DNA of 64,000 nucleotides from assembly GCF_009834535.1 (NCBI RefSeq), contig NC_045701.1:93186001-93250000 (forward strand). Direction: 5' to 3'. The translations under genes were made by a program, and so were the position numbers. This document shows, piece by piece, positions 43,481 to 55,620 of this stretch; position 1 is the first letter of the stretch; the number at the start of each line of letters is the position of its first letter. The notes beneath the pieces are model-generated. The model searched no databases and was not told where the DNA came from. It saw only the letters and a program-made list of their open reading frames with translations. This stretch comes from Camelus ferus (Eukaryota).

Positions 43481-44752
43481 ATGGAGTTCCCGGAGCACGG
43501 CNNNNNNNNNNNNNNNNNNNNNNNNNNNNNNNNNNNNNNNNNNNNNNNNNNNNNNNNNNNNNNNNNNNNNNNNNNNNNNNNNNNNNNNNNNNNNNNNNNN
43601 NNNNNNNNNNNNNNNNNNNNNNNNNNNNNNNNNNNNNNNNNNNNNNNNNNNNNNNNNNNNNNNNNCACCGTGCGGCTCAACGGCGACATCGTCACGGCAC
43701 CCGCCTTCGGTCGTCTGCTGGACTTCATGTACGAGGGCCGCCTGGACCTGCGCAGCCTGCCCGTCGAGGACGTCCTGGCGGCGGCCAGCTACCTGCACAT
43801 GAACGACATCGTCAAGGTCTGCAAGGGCAGCCTCAGGGAGAAGGGCCGCGTGCCGCCCCCGGAGACCCCGGCCCCCGGCGCGGAGCCGCCTGGCCGGTCC
43901 CCGCGCCCCCTGCCTGCCTGGGCCCCCGAGCTCTGTCCAGCCGCCCGGAAGGCCAGGCTTCCTCTGGCCAGGGTCAAGTTCACCCGCCCTCCACCAGCAC
44001 TGGGGCCTCCTCCCTGGCAGGTCCCAGCAGAATCGGGCGGGGCGCTGGACCTGTCGCTGAAGCGTGGCCCGGGGCAGGAGCCAGTCCGCCCACCCTGCGT
44101 CCTCCAGGTAGCCCCCTGCAGCCGGAGGAAGCAAGGGCCCCAGGATCTAGTGAAGGATGAGCCGGACTCACTGTCGGAACAGGAGGACTGCGGCGCCCCT
44201 CGAAGCCCCCCCAGTCCCCTGCAGCCGCCCCGTATTCCTGCCGCCACGCGCCTGGCAGGGGGCTTGGAGCCGCTGCAGCTCAGCGAGGTGGGCAGTGGGG
44301 AACTGGAGCTGGATACGGCGCGCGGGGCAATGGAGGATGAGCTGGGGCCCGGCGGGCACCTCTGCATCTGCCCACTGTGCAGCAAGCTGTTCCCCAGCGC
44401 CCACGTGCTGCAGCTGCACCTCAGCGCCCACTTCCGTGAACGGGATGGCAGCCGTGCCCGGCTCTCGCCCGACGGTACCGTGCCCACCTGCCCGCTCTGC
44501 CGAAAGACGTTCTCCTGCACGTACACGCTGAAGAGGCACGAGCGCACGCACTCGGGCGAGAAGCCCTACACGTGTGAGCAGTGCGGCAAGAGCTTCCAGT
44601 ACTCCCACAACCTGAGCCGCCACGCCGTGGTACACACGCGGGAGAAGCCGCACGCCTGCCGCTGGTGTGAGCGCCGCTTCACGCAGTCGGGGGACCTCTA
44701 CCGCCACGTCCGCAAGTTTCACTGTGGACTGGTCAAGTCCCTGCTGGTGTGA
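43481..44752 (+). CDS. ZBTB42: ZBTB42, BTB/POZ + 4 C2H2 zinc fingers, single coding exon, 423 aa (BTB partly in N-gap)
   Basis: MEFPEHG[gap]TVRLNGDIVTAPAFGRLLDFMYEGRLDL..., PXDLS-type motif ALDLS, four C2H2 fingers with TGEKP-like linkers (SGEKPY, TREKPH), ending CGLVKSLLV*; acceptor cccAG at 43462-43463. Confidence 0.95.
   Translation: MEFPEHGXXXXXXXXXXXXXXXXXXXXXXXXXXXXXXXXXXXXXXXXXXXXXXXXXXXXXXXTVRLNGDIVTAPAFGRLLDFMYEGRLDLRSLPVEDVLAAASYLHMNDIVKVCKGSLREKGRVPPPETPAPGAEPPGRSPRPLPAWAPELCPAARKARLPLARVKFTRPPPALGPPPWQVPAESGGALDLSLKRGPGQEPVRPPCVLQVAPCSRRKQGPQDLVKDEPDSLSEQEDCGAPRSPPSPLQPPRIPAATRLAGGLEPLQLSEVGSGELELDTARGAMEDELGPGGHLCICPLCSKLFPSAHVLQLHLSAHFRERDGSRARLSPDGTVPTCPLCRKTFSCTYTLKRHERTHSGEKPYTCEQCGKSFQYSHNLSRHAVVHTREKPHACRWCERRFTQSGDLYRHVRKFHCGLVKSLLV
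43502..43665. other. Assembly gap (164 N) inside the ZBTB42 BTB domain
   Basis: Run of N. Confidence 0.99.
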
Positions 44753-46651
44753 CGCGTCCCTGCAGGGGTGAGGGTGGAAGGAAGGAGCAGGACCTCTCAG
44801 ATGGGACACTGGGATGGAGGCTGAGGGGCCAGAACTCAGCAGATGGAAGCCCTGGAGGCTGGCCTGCCCAGCAGAGAGCCCTGCTGTCCCTGGAACGTAG
44901 CGTCGGACTTGCCTTGCCTCTCTGCCCCAACTCACTCCTGCTCCCAGAGACACAGTCCTCCTCTCCATCTCCTCCAGCCAGTCCTAAGGGGCGTCTGAAG
45001 GGCTCCTCTGCCTGGGCCCAGGCTCCCCACGGGAGGAGGCATGTTTACCCTCCATCCACGCTCCCCTGACCACCATGCTGGCATGCTTGGGGTGCCCTCA
45101 GCAAGCCTGGCACCACGCTTGGTGAAGGATGCAAGTGCCACAGATGCTGTCAGTGTGAGTCCCTGACAGGGAGCTCAGATGAAACAGGCCATTCCTGGTG
45201 GGTGGCAGCGGGAGCCCCCGCAGGAGAGACCTTGGGCACCATGAGAGCCAGCTGGGGCCATCCAGGCACAGCTGATGTTGCAGGGGTGCAGGCCCCAACA
45301 GAGACCCCAGGGCGGCAGGAGCAGAGCCCGCCAAAAGCTTAGTGGCCCTGGAGTTAAAGGCGCGGGCGGGGAGGTGGGTGATCAGAGCCTTCGGTCCTGA
45401 CCACGCTGTAAGTCAGGGTAGCGGAAGCTGGGATTTGGAAGTGATTCTCTGTAGATGCAGAAAGAGCCTCTGGGGCTGCCAGCTGTCTGCCTGTGGGCGA
45501 CGGGGCATGCCGCGCCCCCGCCTGATCACAGGGTCCCAGGCACCTCTCAGCATCCCTGGGGTGGAGTCGAGGAGGGCTGGGAGCACAGCCACCCACCTTG
45601 AGTGTCGCAGGTCGTGGCAGGGCTGGCCCTGAAGTTCTCTTGTCTGCCTGTTTGGGGTCTCCCTGGAGCTGCTGGTCATTTCCAGAGCACTGGGCAGGGG
45701 GCCCAAAGGCTGCTTATGAGGAGCAGTGTTTGCTGGGTTTCCCTTCCCTGCAGGGGGTTGTGGGTGAAAGCGGCTCTGGAGGGCAGGGGCGAGGGGATGT
45801 CAGCCGGCCACTGGGCTGGGGCCCCAGCCCCCTCCCCACGCACAGCCTGGAGAGGCTGATGTTCCTGGGACTTCAAAGGCCACCGCAGTCCTGTCCGGTA
45901 GGGGGCACCCCATCTGCTCACCAGGCAGATCTTGCTCCCAGAACCTAAGAGGTCCTGCGGGCGACAGAGCCACCTGGACTCTGGTTTCCCCGACCATGTG
46001 GGCTCCTTCCGCCGTGACTGAAAGTGGTGCTGAGGTTAGAGTTCAAGTTTAAATTATTTTTTTGGCTCCTGACAACACTTGATGTCATATCTATTCGTCT
46101 GCCTGGCCTGGAGTGAGAGGACCATTGGCCTTTGCAGCAGGTGGCCAGGCGGGGTTGGTTCCCCTCGGCAGGCCCTGGGCTCTCGTGGTGCATGGGCTGT
46201 GTGGGCGGCTGGCCTGCAGACCAGAGAGGGAGCTGGGGGAAGGAGAACCGGGCTTCTGATTGCCCTGGCCTCCCGCCTTCCACCTCCAGAAGGGCTGGTG
46301 GGACCTCACATGCGGCACGATGTGCTCCATGGTCGGTTTCCTTGTGCGTGTGCGTGCATGCATGTGTGTGTCCGTCTGTCTTGTGTGGGCATGTAGGTCC
46401 AGCAAGGCGGGGCCCGAGCCCACCAGCAGTGGTAGGCAGCCACCCCGCGACCCCAGCAGGCAGCTGAGAGACAGGCAGCGGTCCTGGTTTTCCCCAAGGG
46501 GTTTCCACCGGGGAAGAAATTGACTTTCCTGGGGCAGGAAGCCGGCCCCGAGTTATCAACACTGGATTCATTGTCTTCCACAGTTACTGTGAAGTTCATG
46601 TACGGAGAAGTGGTCAGTTTTAAATTTAGTAACTGACACAGTTCAGATGAA

Positions 46652-46653
<2 letters not shown>

Positions 46654-46684
<31 letters not shown>
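46654..46684 (+). repeat. (AC)n microsatellite, about 15 units, in the putative ZBTB42 3'UTR
   Basis: Direct read. Confidence 0.95.
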
Positions 46685-46685
<1 letters not shown>

Positions 46686-46929
46686 TTAAGACACTAATTG
46701 TGTGGGATTGTGTAGCAGAGGTGTGTGTAGAGGCGTTTGGGTGGAGCCTGCTGTGTGGGGCCCCCCCGGGTGGCCCAGCCTCCTGCCCACTGCTCTGCCC
46801 CTGAGGAGTGGCTCCAGGCCCGGAGGCCAGTCGCTGGGTGGGAGGGTGTCTGCTCACGCCCCCTGCCGTGACAGTCTGGAAATGAGTGCTGCCTTCCTGT
46901 GTGCGCATCATCGTCTCAATGACAGTGGT

Positions 46930-46935
46930 AATAAA
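46930..46935 (+). terminator. ZBTB42: Candidate ZBTB42 polyadenylation signal AATAAA
   Basis: AATAAA about 2.2 kb after the stop, past AT-rich 3'UTR-like blocks. Confidence 0.55.
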
Positions 46936-49921
46936 GCCCACCCCCGGTGGAGACTGCTGTGATTCTTCCTGGGGACAGGATTGCGTGCAGGAGGTGTGGG
47001 CCCTGCTGGTCTTGGGGTGGGGGGCACTCTGGGAGCCCTGTCCTGGGTGCCACTGGCTGTGTCCCACTGGGGGCAGTGAGCTGGGGCACGGCTGTGGACA
47101 GGTGACAGACCCTCCTTTTCCAGATTTGTATCCCTCCCATTTAGTCCCAGGGGAGCAGGATGCAGCCTGAGACCTGGCCAAGAGGCCTTGTGGCTTCTGC
47201 CTTGGTGGTGGGGGGCCTTCTGAGCAGCCACAGGCTTGGAGCTCAGATCTGAGGCTCCTGACCCTGGAGTCCTGGGTCCTCCTGACCCCCTGCCCTCCAG
47301 AGGCAACCCCAACTCATTGCCCTCTTCTCATCTACCTTCCCCTCCCCCCACACCTCATTTGTACCCATCTCCTCAGGGCAGGGTGGGCTGTCCTGGGTCT
47401 GGGCAAATAGTAGGCAAGGCTTGGGAGGGGATTGTGTCCCTCCTGCCCCCGCCCCCACCCTGTGGAGCCCTGCCTGATCTCTAGAGGGCCCGAATGAAGT
47501 CGGGACCCCTGAGCCAGGCCAGGCTGGTGGGGGCTGATGGGTGGGTGTGTTCCCTCCCCTCTTCGCACGGGGGCGGGAAGCTGATGGATCCCTGAGCCTC
47601 CTACGAGCTGTGCCTTCCTCCCCTGGCCCCGGGAAGATGGGCAGGTGTATCCCAAGGCTAGTCCTAGCCAAAGCAGGCTTCCTCTAGGAAGAGCCAGAAC
47701 AGACCCCAGGGCAGGGCAGGGGGACCTCGCTCATCAAAAGGTCCTCAGAGACTGCGCCAAGCTGAACTGGTGCCAGAAGGGCTGCTGGGTTTGGGGCCAA
47801 GCTTTGAGGTGTTCCCAGTCCTTACCCCAAGTGCAAGTCCTTGCTTCTAGGGGGTGGGCCTGGTACATCCTCCTGCTACCCAGCCTGCCTCCCACGGAGA
47901 CTTCCTCCTGGACCAGAGCCACTGTCCCGCAGGGAGGTCCTGTCGTGTTCCAAGTTCGCCCAAGGTTCAGCCCAGGCCTCCCCAGAACCCGGGAGGAGGT
48001 TGTTGCCATGCCAACCAGGCAGGGTTGGAGGGCTGTTAGAAGGTACCTGGGGGGATGGAGCTAGCTGGGGAGGGGCTTCCCGGACCCCTTCCCCCAGCCC
48101 CGCTCTGCCAGGCTGTGCTCACACTCAGCGCACTGCCAAGGCCTTCACGGAGCTGTTGGCCCCATTTCCCCTGAGTGGAGGCCACACAGCTCATCCCCTG
48201 GGCTGGATGGTAAACAGAGGCACATGGAAAGGCCCAACTGGCTGGTGGGTGGCAAACCCAGGAGTTCCCTCCCCAGACTTGAGGAGCTGCCCCAGCAGTG
48301 CTGGGCACAGGCCCCCAAAGCTGTCTGGCCTGGGTCCCCTGTTGGCTTGGTGACACTCAGGGCAGTAAACAGAAGCCCACAGACGGTACAGAGGGCGGGA
48401 CTTCCTTGCAGGGTGGGTGCTCAGGCACCAGCAGGTGGACAGCATGGAGGTAGGCGCTCAGGCAGAGGGCCGGCTGCTGCAATGGTGGCAGAGGGAGAGG
48501 TCACATGTGAGCAGGTTTGGGTGTGTGACGGCTGGCGGGGGCCCTAGGGAAGCCAGGAGAGGTCAGAGCAGTCCTGGCCCGGCTCAGGCCTCCCTCCCCA
48601 ACTTGCTCTGCCCCTTGCCCTGGGGTCAGCCAGTTGCCCACCCGACCCACACCTGGTCTCGCCCCTTTCCTGGACTCATAAATGGCACCGCAACCTCCAC
48701 TGGTGAGGGAGGGCGGTCCCCAGACACCCCAAGGAGACTTAGGACAGACACGCAGGATGCAGGTGTGACCCCGTCTCTGCCTCCTGGCTTGGAGGGGACA
48801 CCAGCCGCCCCGCCTCTGCCTGGCCCCCTGCCATGCTTTGCTCCTGCGTAGATAGTCCAGACCCCACAGGCCATTGTCCTCTACCTCCCTCCCCCTCCAT
48901 ATCCACGATCACCTCCACCGCCACTACCTTTATGGTAGAACCCCGCAGAGACTGACCCCGAAATCTAGGCGTTTCCCGGTTGAGAACTTGGTGCTCGGTT
49001 ATCTGCCAGCTGAGACACGGCAGGAGCCACACAGGGGTGGACGTCCGCCCGGCGGTGCTGCAGCGCCTGCTGCTGCCCCTCCCAAGCCCTCCAGTCACTG
49101 GGCCACTCCTGTACCAAAGAAGGCGAGGTAGTCGGTGCCTTCCCCGCCCAACGCGAGCACAGAGGGAAGTCCTCCTTGGTCGGCTACTCAGCCCCTGTCC
49201 CCCAGTCACCTGTCCTTGTCCTTTATGCCCGGCTCACTTCCTGTCCTCTCTTGAATGGGCACCGTGGCAGACAGCTGCCGAGAGGTGCCTGGGGCCCTGT
49301 CCAGTGGGCACCCAGGCAGTGCCACCGCTGCTGATGCCGGGTGTACCATGGCCCACGTCAGAGGGGCCGACCCAGGGGCAGAGGGCAGACTGCAGTGCCC
49401 CTCACCCCGGGAGCGCCAGCTGTACTGGGCTGTGCGCGATGTGACAGCAGTTTCTGGAGCATCGCTGTCGGGCCCTAGGCCTCCTTCGGCCACTTGCCCC
49501 CCGCTCGTCCTCCCTCCCGCCCACTCCTGCGGCTGGCCCTCCCAGCCCCCAGCAGTCCAAAGGGTGAACGGCAGTGGGTGCACTCCAGGAGCTGCAGAGG
49601 AGTCTGCAGACAGCTGGCTGGAGGGCTGGGGCTGGGGCCAGGCAGGGTCAGTTCAGAGAGGACGCCCGCTGGGCTGACATAGTGTCTGGGCCCCCCTCCC
49701 AGCCCAGCTCCAGCCTGGCTAGCAGCAGCTCCAGAGAGAAGCCAGTGGGTCTGAGGGATCCTGGGAAATCTGGGGGCCAGGGGTGCTCACTTCCTGAGTT
49801 GGACCCAAATGGGTTTGTTTTCACCAGTTTGAACAGAAATCTGTGTCAAGAGAAACCCATTCTCTTGCCTTCTTCAGCAGATGGCTGGGGCTTTGAAAAT
49901 TAGGTTTTGGACCCGATTCCA

Positions 49922-50722
49922 CTGTATGTGTCTGTTTGTGTCTGTGTGTGGGGGTGGTTGGGAGGGTTTGCCATCCCTCCCAACAAACAATTCTTTAGCA
50001 CCAGCTGGGTGTCCTACAATTCAATTCATTTCTGACACTATCCATCCAGCTATAGCTCAGACCCCACGGTTAAGGTCTCAGTCCTATGAGCCTGCTCTCC
50101 CAATTTCGATGGCAGTCACAAGCCCAGGTTGTCCCCTGTGTTTCTGACCCGTGGGTTACAGGTCGGAGGTCCCCCCATGACCCCTTTGTTGGGTTAGACT
50201 GATTTGCTGCAGCGGCTCCCAGAACTCAGGAACACAGTTTATCAGATCACTGGTTTATTAAAAAAAAAGATGTAACAGGAACAGCCAGATGGGAGGGACA
50301 CACAGGACAAGGTGTGGGGAAGGGTCAGGGGGGCTTCCAAGTTCCCTCTGAACGGGCCACTCTCTCTGAATCTCCACAGGCTCACCAGCCAGGAGGCTCT
50401 CTGAACCTTGCCCTTTTGGGTTCTTACGGAGGCTTCATTGCGTGGATGTGACTGATTCAATCACTGACCAACGATGACTGACTCAACCCCCAGCCCCTCT
50501 CCCCTCCTCAAGGCCTGGGCAGGGGGGACGGAAGTTCCAGCCATGTAATCACGTGGCTGGTTCTCCTGGCCACCAGCCCCCGCCCTTAGGTGCTCCCAAA
50601 AGTCACATCATTCACGGAACAGAAGACACCTTGACTGCTCTCTTCATTTAGGAAATGCCAAGGGTGTTAGGAGCCCTGTGCCAGCAGAGGGCTGAAGACT
50701 AAAAGTCTCCATCTTCCTGTTA
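49922..50722. mobile_element. MER21/MER77-like ERVL LTR
   Basis: caccagctgggtgtcctacaattcaattca..ctgacact..aggtctcagtcc..ctccc agaactcagga..ggaggcttcatt..aggaaatgccaaggg. Confidence 0.6.
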
Positions 50723-50739
50723 CACCTGTTGCTTGCTGC

Positions 50740-51097
50740 TTTGTTGGCTGCAGGGCTCCACTGCCCGGCACCACAGGCTGGGGGCTTAGACAGCAGGCAC
50801 TACCGTCTCCCTACCTGGAGCCAGCCGTCCCAGGTCCAGGAGTCGCAGGGCTGGCCTCCCCTGAGGCCTCTCTCCTGGGCCGGCAGACGGCTGTCTTCCC
50901 CCCGTGTCCTTTGTGTGTGTGTGTCCTCGTCACCTCCTTTTACAAGGACATCAGGCAGACTGGACTGGGACCCTAGGGACCTCATTCTAACTTAATTACC
51001 TTTGTAAAGACTCTATTTTCAAGTGCAGTCCCATTCTGGGGTCCTGGGGGTTAGGGCTTCAACCTGTGGATTTGAGGGGACGCAGTCCAACCCACAC
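50740..51097 (-). mobile_element. MLT1A-like LTR
   Basis: ccacaggctgggggctta.acagca..cttttacaaggaca.cag..gacctcattctaacttaattacct..aaagac.ctattttcaa. Confidence 0.7.
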
Positions 51098-51739
51098 CTT
51101 TCAGAAGGGCAAGGAGGCCGGAGGACCCCAGGAGCCGGGAGGTCCAGGTCCCAGCCTGGCTCTGCCCAGGTCCGGGCCAGCCCACGCAGTTCGCTTGTCG
51201 GTAAAGCCTGTTGACATTTCCACGTTTGTCCTCCACCCGAGGACAGTGGGCCAGCTGCTATTCGGAGCCACAGCTCTGGGGTCATTGCCCTCCTCAGGAG
51301 CCCCCAGGCATGATCCTGTTCCATCCACACCCACCACAGGGCCCACCATCACCCAGGCCCCGTCCCTCACTCTGTCCAAGAGCAGACTCCTGGGGATGTG
51401 GTGCACACACTCCCCGTGGGCTCACCATTCCCAGAGTGGCCCCTCAGCTCGTCCCACCTGGCTGCCCCTCACAGACCCTGCTTCCCCTGGAAAGGGTCAC
51501 AGACAAGCCCTTTCAACCATCAGCCCCCACCAACTGGGGCTAGGAAGGGAGGCACATCTCTGTCCCCACTGCCTCTCGCTTCTGCTGGCCCCTCTCACAA
51601 AACCCCCGCTCTCTTGAGGCTCATGCTGTCCAGGTAACCCACCATCCCTTCCTTGCTCCCCTGGGCTCCCCGTCCCCCGCCCCATCTCCCAGGATGTAAC
51701 TGGGGTGGACAGACACGTCCTGAGGAGAGTTATACACAT

Positions 51740-53000
51740 AAACGTTTGAGCAGCACATGAAAGAGTGTGAAATAAAACCATGGTGAGCCGTCGCCACACA
51801 CCTGGCCTGCAATTCAGAGACCGACACCACCAGGTGTCGGTGGGACGTGGAGCCACGGGAACTTTCACATGCCGAGTGGGAAAGGGAGCACCGGCTTTTC
51901 CCGAAGGTAAACGTACACCTGTCATTTGACCCACAGCCCCACTCCTAGGCATTAACCAGGGGAAATCACACACGTGTCCCAAGGGGGACCTTACTTGAAT
52001 GTTCACAGTAGCTTTTCCATGTGGTCCAGAAACTAGAAACAGCCCAAATGTCTGTCAACTGGAGAACCAGCAAACTGACCGCAGAACATGCCATGGGGCC
52101 GAACCCACACAGAGGGACCAAGCCGGCGAGGCACAACGTGGGCAGAAGTCACCGTCCTGAGGGGAGGCGGGCGGATGGACAGCCACACGGTAGGAGGAGC
52201 AGATGCCCCTAGTCAGAAAGTAGTCGTCTCTGGGGAAGAATGAGGACAGCTGAGGGAACTTTGGGGTGATGGATGTTTCTAGAGTTTTACAGGGCACCGC
52301 GCTACGTAGCTGTGGGCTAAATGCAGGGAAGCTTGGCGCATGTCCGTGCACGCGGCGTAAAGACCGAGACGCAGGAGAGCCAGAGTCGACGAAGGTCTAG
52401 GGTGAGGAGAGGGCAGCTGTCGAAACTGGTGATAGCTGTGAGGGGCTTACTGTACTTAAAAACACTTGTGTGCTTGAAACTTTCCGTAATAAATGTTTAG
52501 GGTTAAAAAAAAAAAAAACCCAGATACATTGTGCATCAGAGTGGCAGACAGCAGCCTGGCATCATCCTTTACTGAGGAGGCCGTGAGCAACAGCACACTC
52601 ATCGGGGCAGGGTGCAGGCCAGCACGGAGCTGACTCCGAGGGCAGTGTGATGACTCTGTCCCCGACACAAGGGCACAGACGCTTTGACCCAGGAGTTCTA
52701 GGACTCTCCCCTACAGATGAGCTGGCACATGTGCAAAATGACTTACATGTAAGGCACTCATCAGACTATTACTGGAAAAGGCTTAAATGCCCAGGGGCGG
52801 GGAATCAGCTAACTACACCAAGGTCCACGTGTTGATAGGATGGACACCGTGGAAGTGCAGGCCCTCAGTCTGTGTGCAGTGCAGGATGAACGCCTTACTA
52901 GGAAGAGAAGTCAGGAAGGCTGTGCAGGAAGAGGGGTCGTTTCCATGTGCAGGACTTGTGCAGGTATAAAATCTTTCCGGAAGGACACTAACGAAATAAT
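51740..53000 (+). mobile_element. Old L1M 3' fragments
   Basis: tgacccacagcccactcctagg..gaatgttcacagtagc..aaactagaaacagcccaaatgtc. Confidence 0.6.
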
Positions 53001-53149
53001 AAAATTCTTGAAATAGTGAATAACTTGGAATTCTGACCACTTAGGGGGAGGGAGATTGGTGGCTGGTGTGGAAAGACAGGGGACCTTTTAAAAATCCTGG
53101 ATCATGCTACCAATCATTAGTTCCCGATTCCAACGAGTTACTTAAAATT

Positions 53150-54165
53150 TAAAGCCTCTTCCTTTACCCCGCGTGGGCATCTGCTGACATTTTTCTGCTC
53201 TTCCCAGCAAGACTTTTCATGTGAGTTGTTAATTCTGTGTACTATTTCCCTTTTTCCCTAAGAATTATGTTTCCAACTTTATTCTTTGTCACTAAGACAC
53301 ACGTTGGAGCACCCCACTCCGTACACCCCCACCTTCACATTACCACCAGTACTCGTTTCCTGCGCATTCACCAATGGCTTTGTAAATACAAATAGTTTTT
53401 ACTCCCATTATCACCCGAAGAGGTGCCACACTATATATTCTGTTCTGCATGTTGCTTTTTTTTTTAAACTTATAAAAAGACCATAGAGATCTTCCCACAT
53501 CAGCACATAGGGACTTCCTTGACTGCTTCGCTTCTACTCGGCTGCACGGTGTTCCTTGGTCTGGCTGTACCACCGTACATTTGGTTTCCTAGAGACGGAC
53601 ACCTGGGTGGTTCCCAAACGCTTGTGTTACAAGCAGGGCTCCAGCAAGCCACCTAGGTCGTACATCTTTCCATACCGGGGTGTTTGGTGTGCATTCCCAG
53701 TGGGCAGTAACACCTGCAATCCTCCAGGGGCCAGGCTGACTCGGGGGTGGGTGCACCTACCGCCACTCCCCGCGCCTGCTCCCCTACAACTCTGCCCCCA
53801 CAGTGCTGTCAAACTTTGGGACTTTAAAACCTCTGACAGGTGAGAAACAGCCTCTTGGTATCACCTCCATTTGCCTTTAGCTCGTCATAGGTGAGGTTCC
53901 AGCCTTTCCTGTGCACATGGCCTTTGGTGTCGTTTCATTCGGGCTGACTGTGCCCAGGCCCTCTGCCCACCCTCCCACAGCCATGTCCGCTCCGATGCTA
54001 AGGAATTCGCCAGGCTTCTTCTAGCCTTTTTATAGCTTCACTTCTTCTACATTTACATTATGTATCTTTTTGTTTTCATATTTATATCTCTGGTCGATGT
54101 TTTCGTTCTAAATGGTATATGGTCAAGCTGTGGACTTAACTTTACTGTTATTCAGATGAGCAACA
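53150..54165 (-). mobile_element. Old L1M fragments
   Basis: gggtgtttggtgtgcattccc..ggtatcacc..atttgc..ggtgagg..tttcctgtgcacatggcc..aattcgcc..cttttatagc. Confidence 0.5.
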
Positions 54166-54177
54166 CTATAGTCCTTG

Positions 54178-54285
54178 TGGGCAGGGGTTAGCTCAGTGGC
54201 AGAGTTCTGGCTTAGCATGCATGAGGGCCTGGGTTTAATCCTCAGTACCTCTATTAAAAAAAAAAAGTAAGTAAAATAAAATAAA
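54178..54285 (+). mobile_element. tRNA-derived SINE (camelid Vic-type)
   Basis: tagctcagtggcagag..cttagcatgcatgagg..ctgggtttaatcctcagtacctc + A tail. Confidence 0.85.
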
Positions 54286-54599
54286 TGCCCACCTTCGCCT
54301 TCACGGACTGGAGGGCGGCCTTCCGCACACGTGAACCCCCGGGTGTGTCCAGGCCCGTCTCCCCTCACCGCCCCTCCAGTCCCCCTGCAGCCGTCTGTGC
54401 TCCGTGGCTGGATGGAATGGACCTTCTAACACGTTTTGCTCTCTGGTGGGGCAAGCGGTTCTCACTCTTTTTTTCTGAGAGGTTGTGGTGTTTTGTTTTG
54501 TTTTGTTTTTTGGACTATTTTTGCTTGTTCATTTTGCATGTGAACGCTAGCGTCAGCACATCGAGTTCAAGGGGAAAAGCTATTTACTCTGCAATACAC

Positions 54600-54890
54600 T
54601 CCTATCAGCTTCTCGCCAAACTCCAGGCCACCAAATCAAAGAGGCTTTCTTGTCATCATGTTCTGGATCCGTTTCTCAGCAGCATTCGCTCAGAGGGCGG
54701 TCCCCCTTCAAACACTCCTCCCTGGGAGCTCCCAGGTTTCCTTCTACCTCGCTGGCCTCTCTTGACTCCTCCCTGACCTCTCCCTGTCAGGACCTCCCCT
54801 CAAAGCCTGGCCACACGTCTCCTGAGTGGTTTCCAGGAACACGGACTGAGATCCGGACTTCCCCTCAGCAGACCGGCTCCTCACCCAGCT
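54600..54890. mobile_element. L2 fragment
   Basis: ccttcaaacactcctccctggg..ggtttccttctacctcgctggcc. Confidence 0.45.
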
Positions 54891-54899
54891 GCCCCCATC

Positions 54900-55620
54900 C
54901 GGCGAATCAGGGCATCAGCGAGCCGGCCGGCCAAGCTGGGGGCCTGGATGTCATCCCGGGTCCTTCCTCTGCCTCACTCCGCGGTCTCCCTACAGCCTGC
55001 TGCAGAACAGGTGCTAGTCCGAGTATAAACAGCCCCCGCCCAGCTACCCCGGGGCGTGGAGTCCCGCACGGGAAGCACGCCCAGCCTCCTTCCTCGCCCG
55101 ACCTCGCTTCCCAGCACCGTCCTGAGCCTCCCCTGGCGGGGAGGGCTGCCCTCGCAGCGGCGCACGGGGCGGCCGGGACCGGGGAGCGGGCGTCCCGGGC
55201 CTCCTGCCCCTCCTCGCCCCGCGGGTCCCCCGTTGCACGCCGCCGCCTCACGCCATGCCCAACGGCTGCCTCTGCTGCCGGACGCCACCCGCGGAGGCTC
55301 TGGAGGGGCGCCTGCAGCTCGACGGGCGGCGACGGAAGGCGGGCTGCAGGGGACGGCGCCGGGCCGCCGCACGGAGGAGGGCGGGCGCGGCCCGCCTGTG
55401 CTCACTGCCGCGTCCCGCGCGCTCGCGGGCCACGCGGGGCGGTATGCAACCAGACGGCTCCGGGGCGGCCCCGGCAACGCGGGCGGGTCGCGCGTTGCTC
55501 ACGGATGGTCCGTCTGCCCCAGTGTGTGATCTGCTGACCCGCGTCCGCAGGGCTCCCGCCGGCCCAACGCGTCCTGCCCGCACACCGGGTGTGAGCGACT
55601 GCGTGATGAAGGCCTGAGGA
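54900..55620. promoter_or_regulatory. Orphan CpG island with TATAAACA at about 55024-55031
   Basis: High CpG density, no recognisable coding exon. Confidence 0.6.

Noticed and set aside
42347-43802. Several 160-420 aa Arg/Gly/Pro/Ala-rich ORFs in CpG islands (also 37146-38029 and 54650-55617)
   Set aside because: Expected by chance at very high GC, where stop codons are depleted; low-complexity translations
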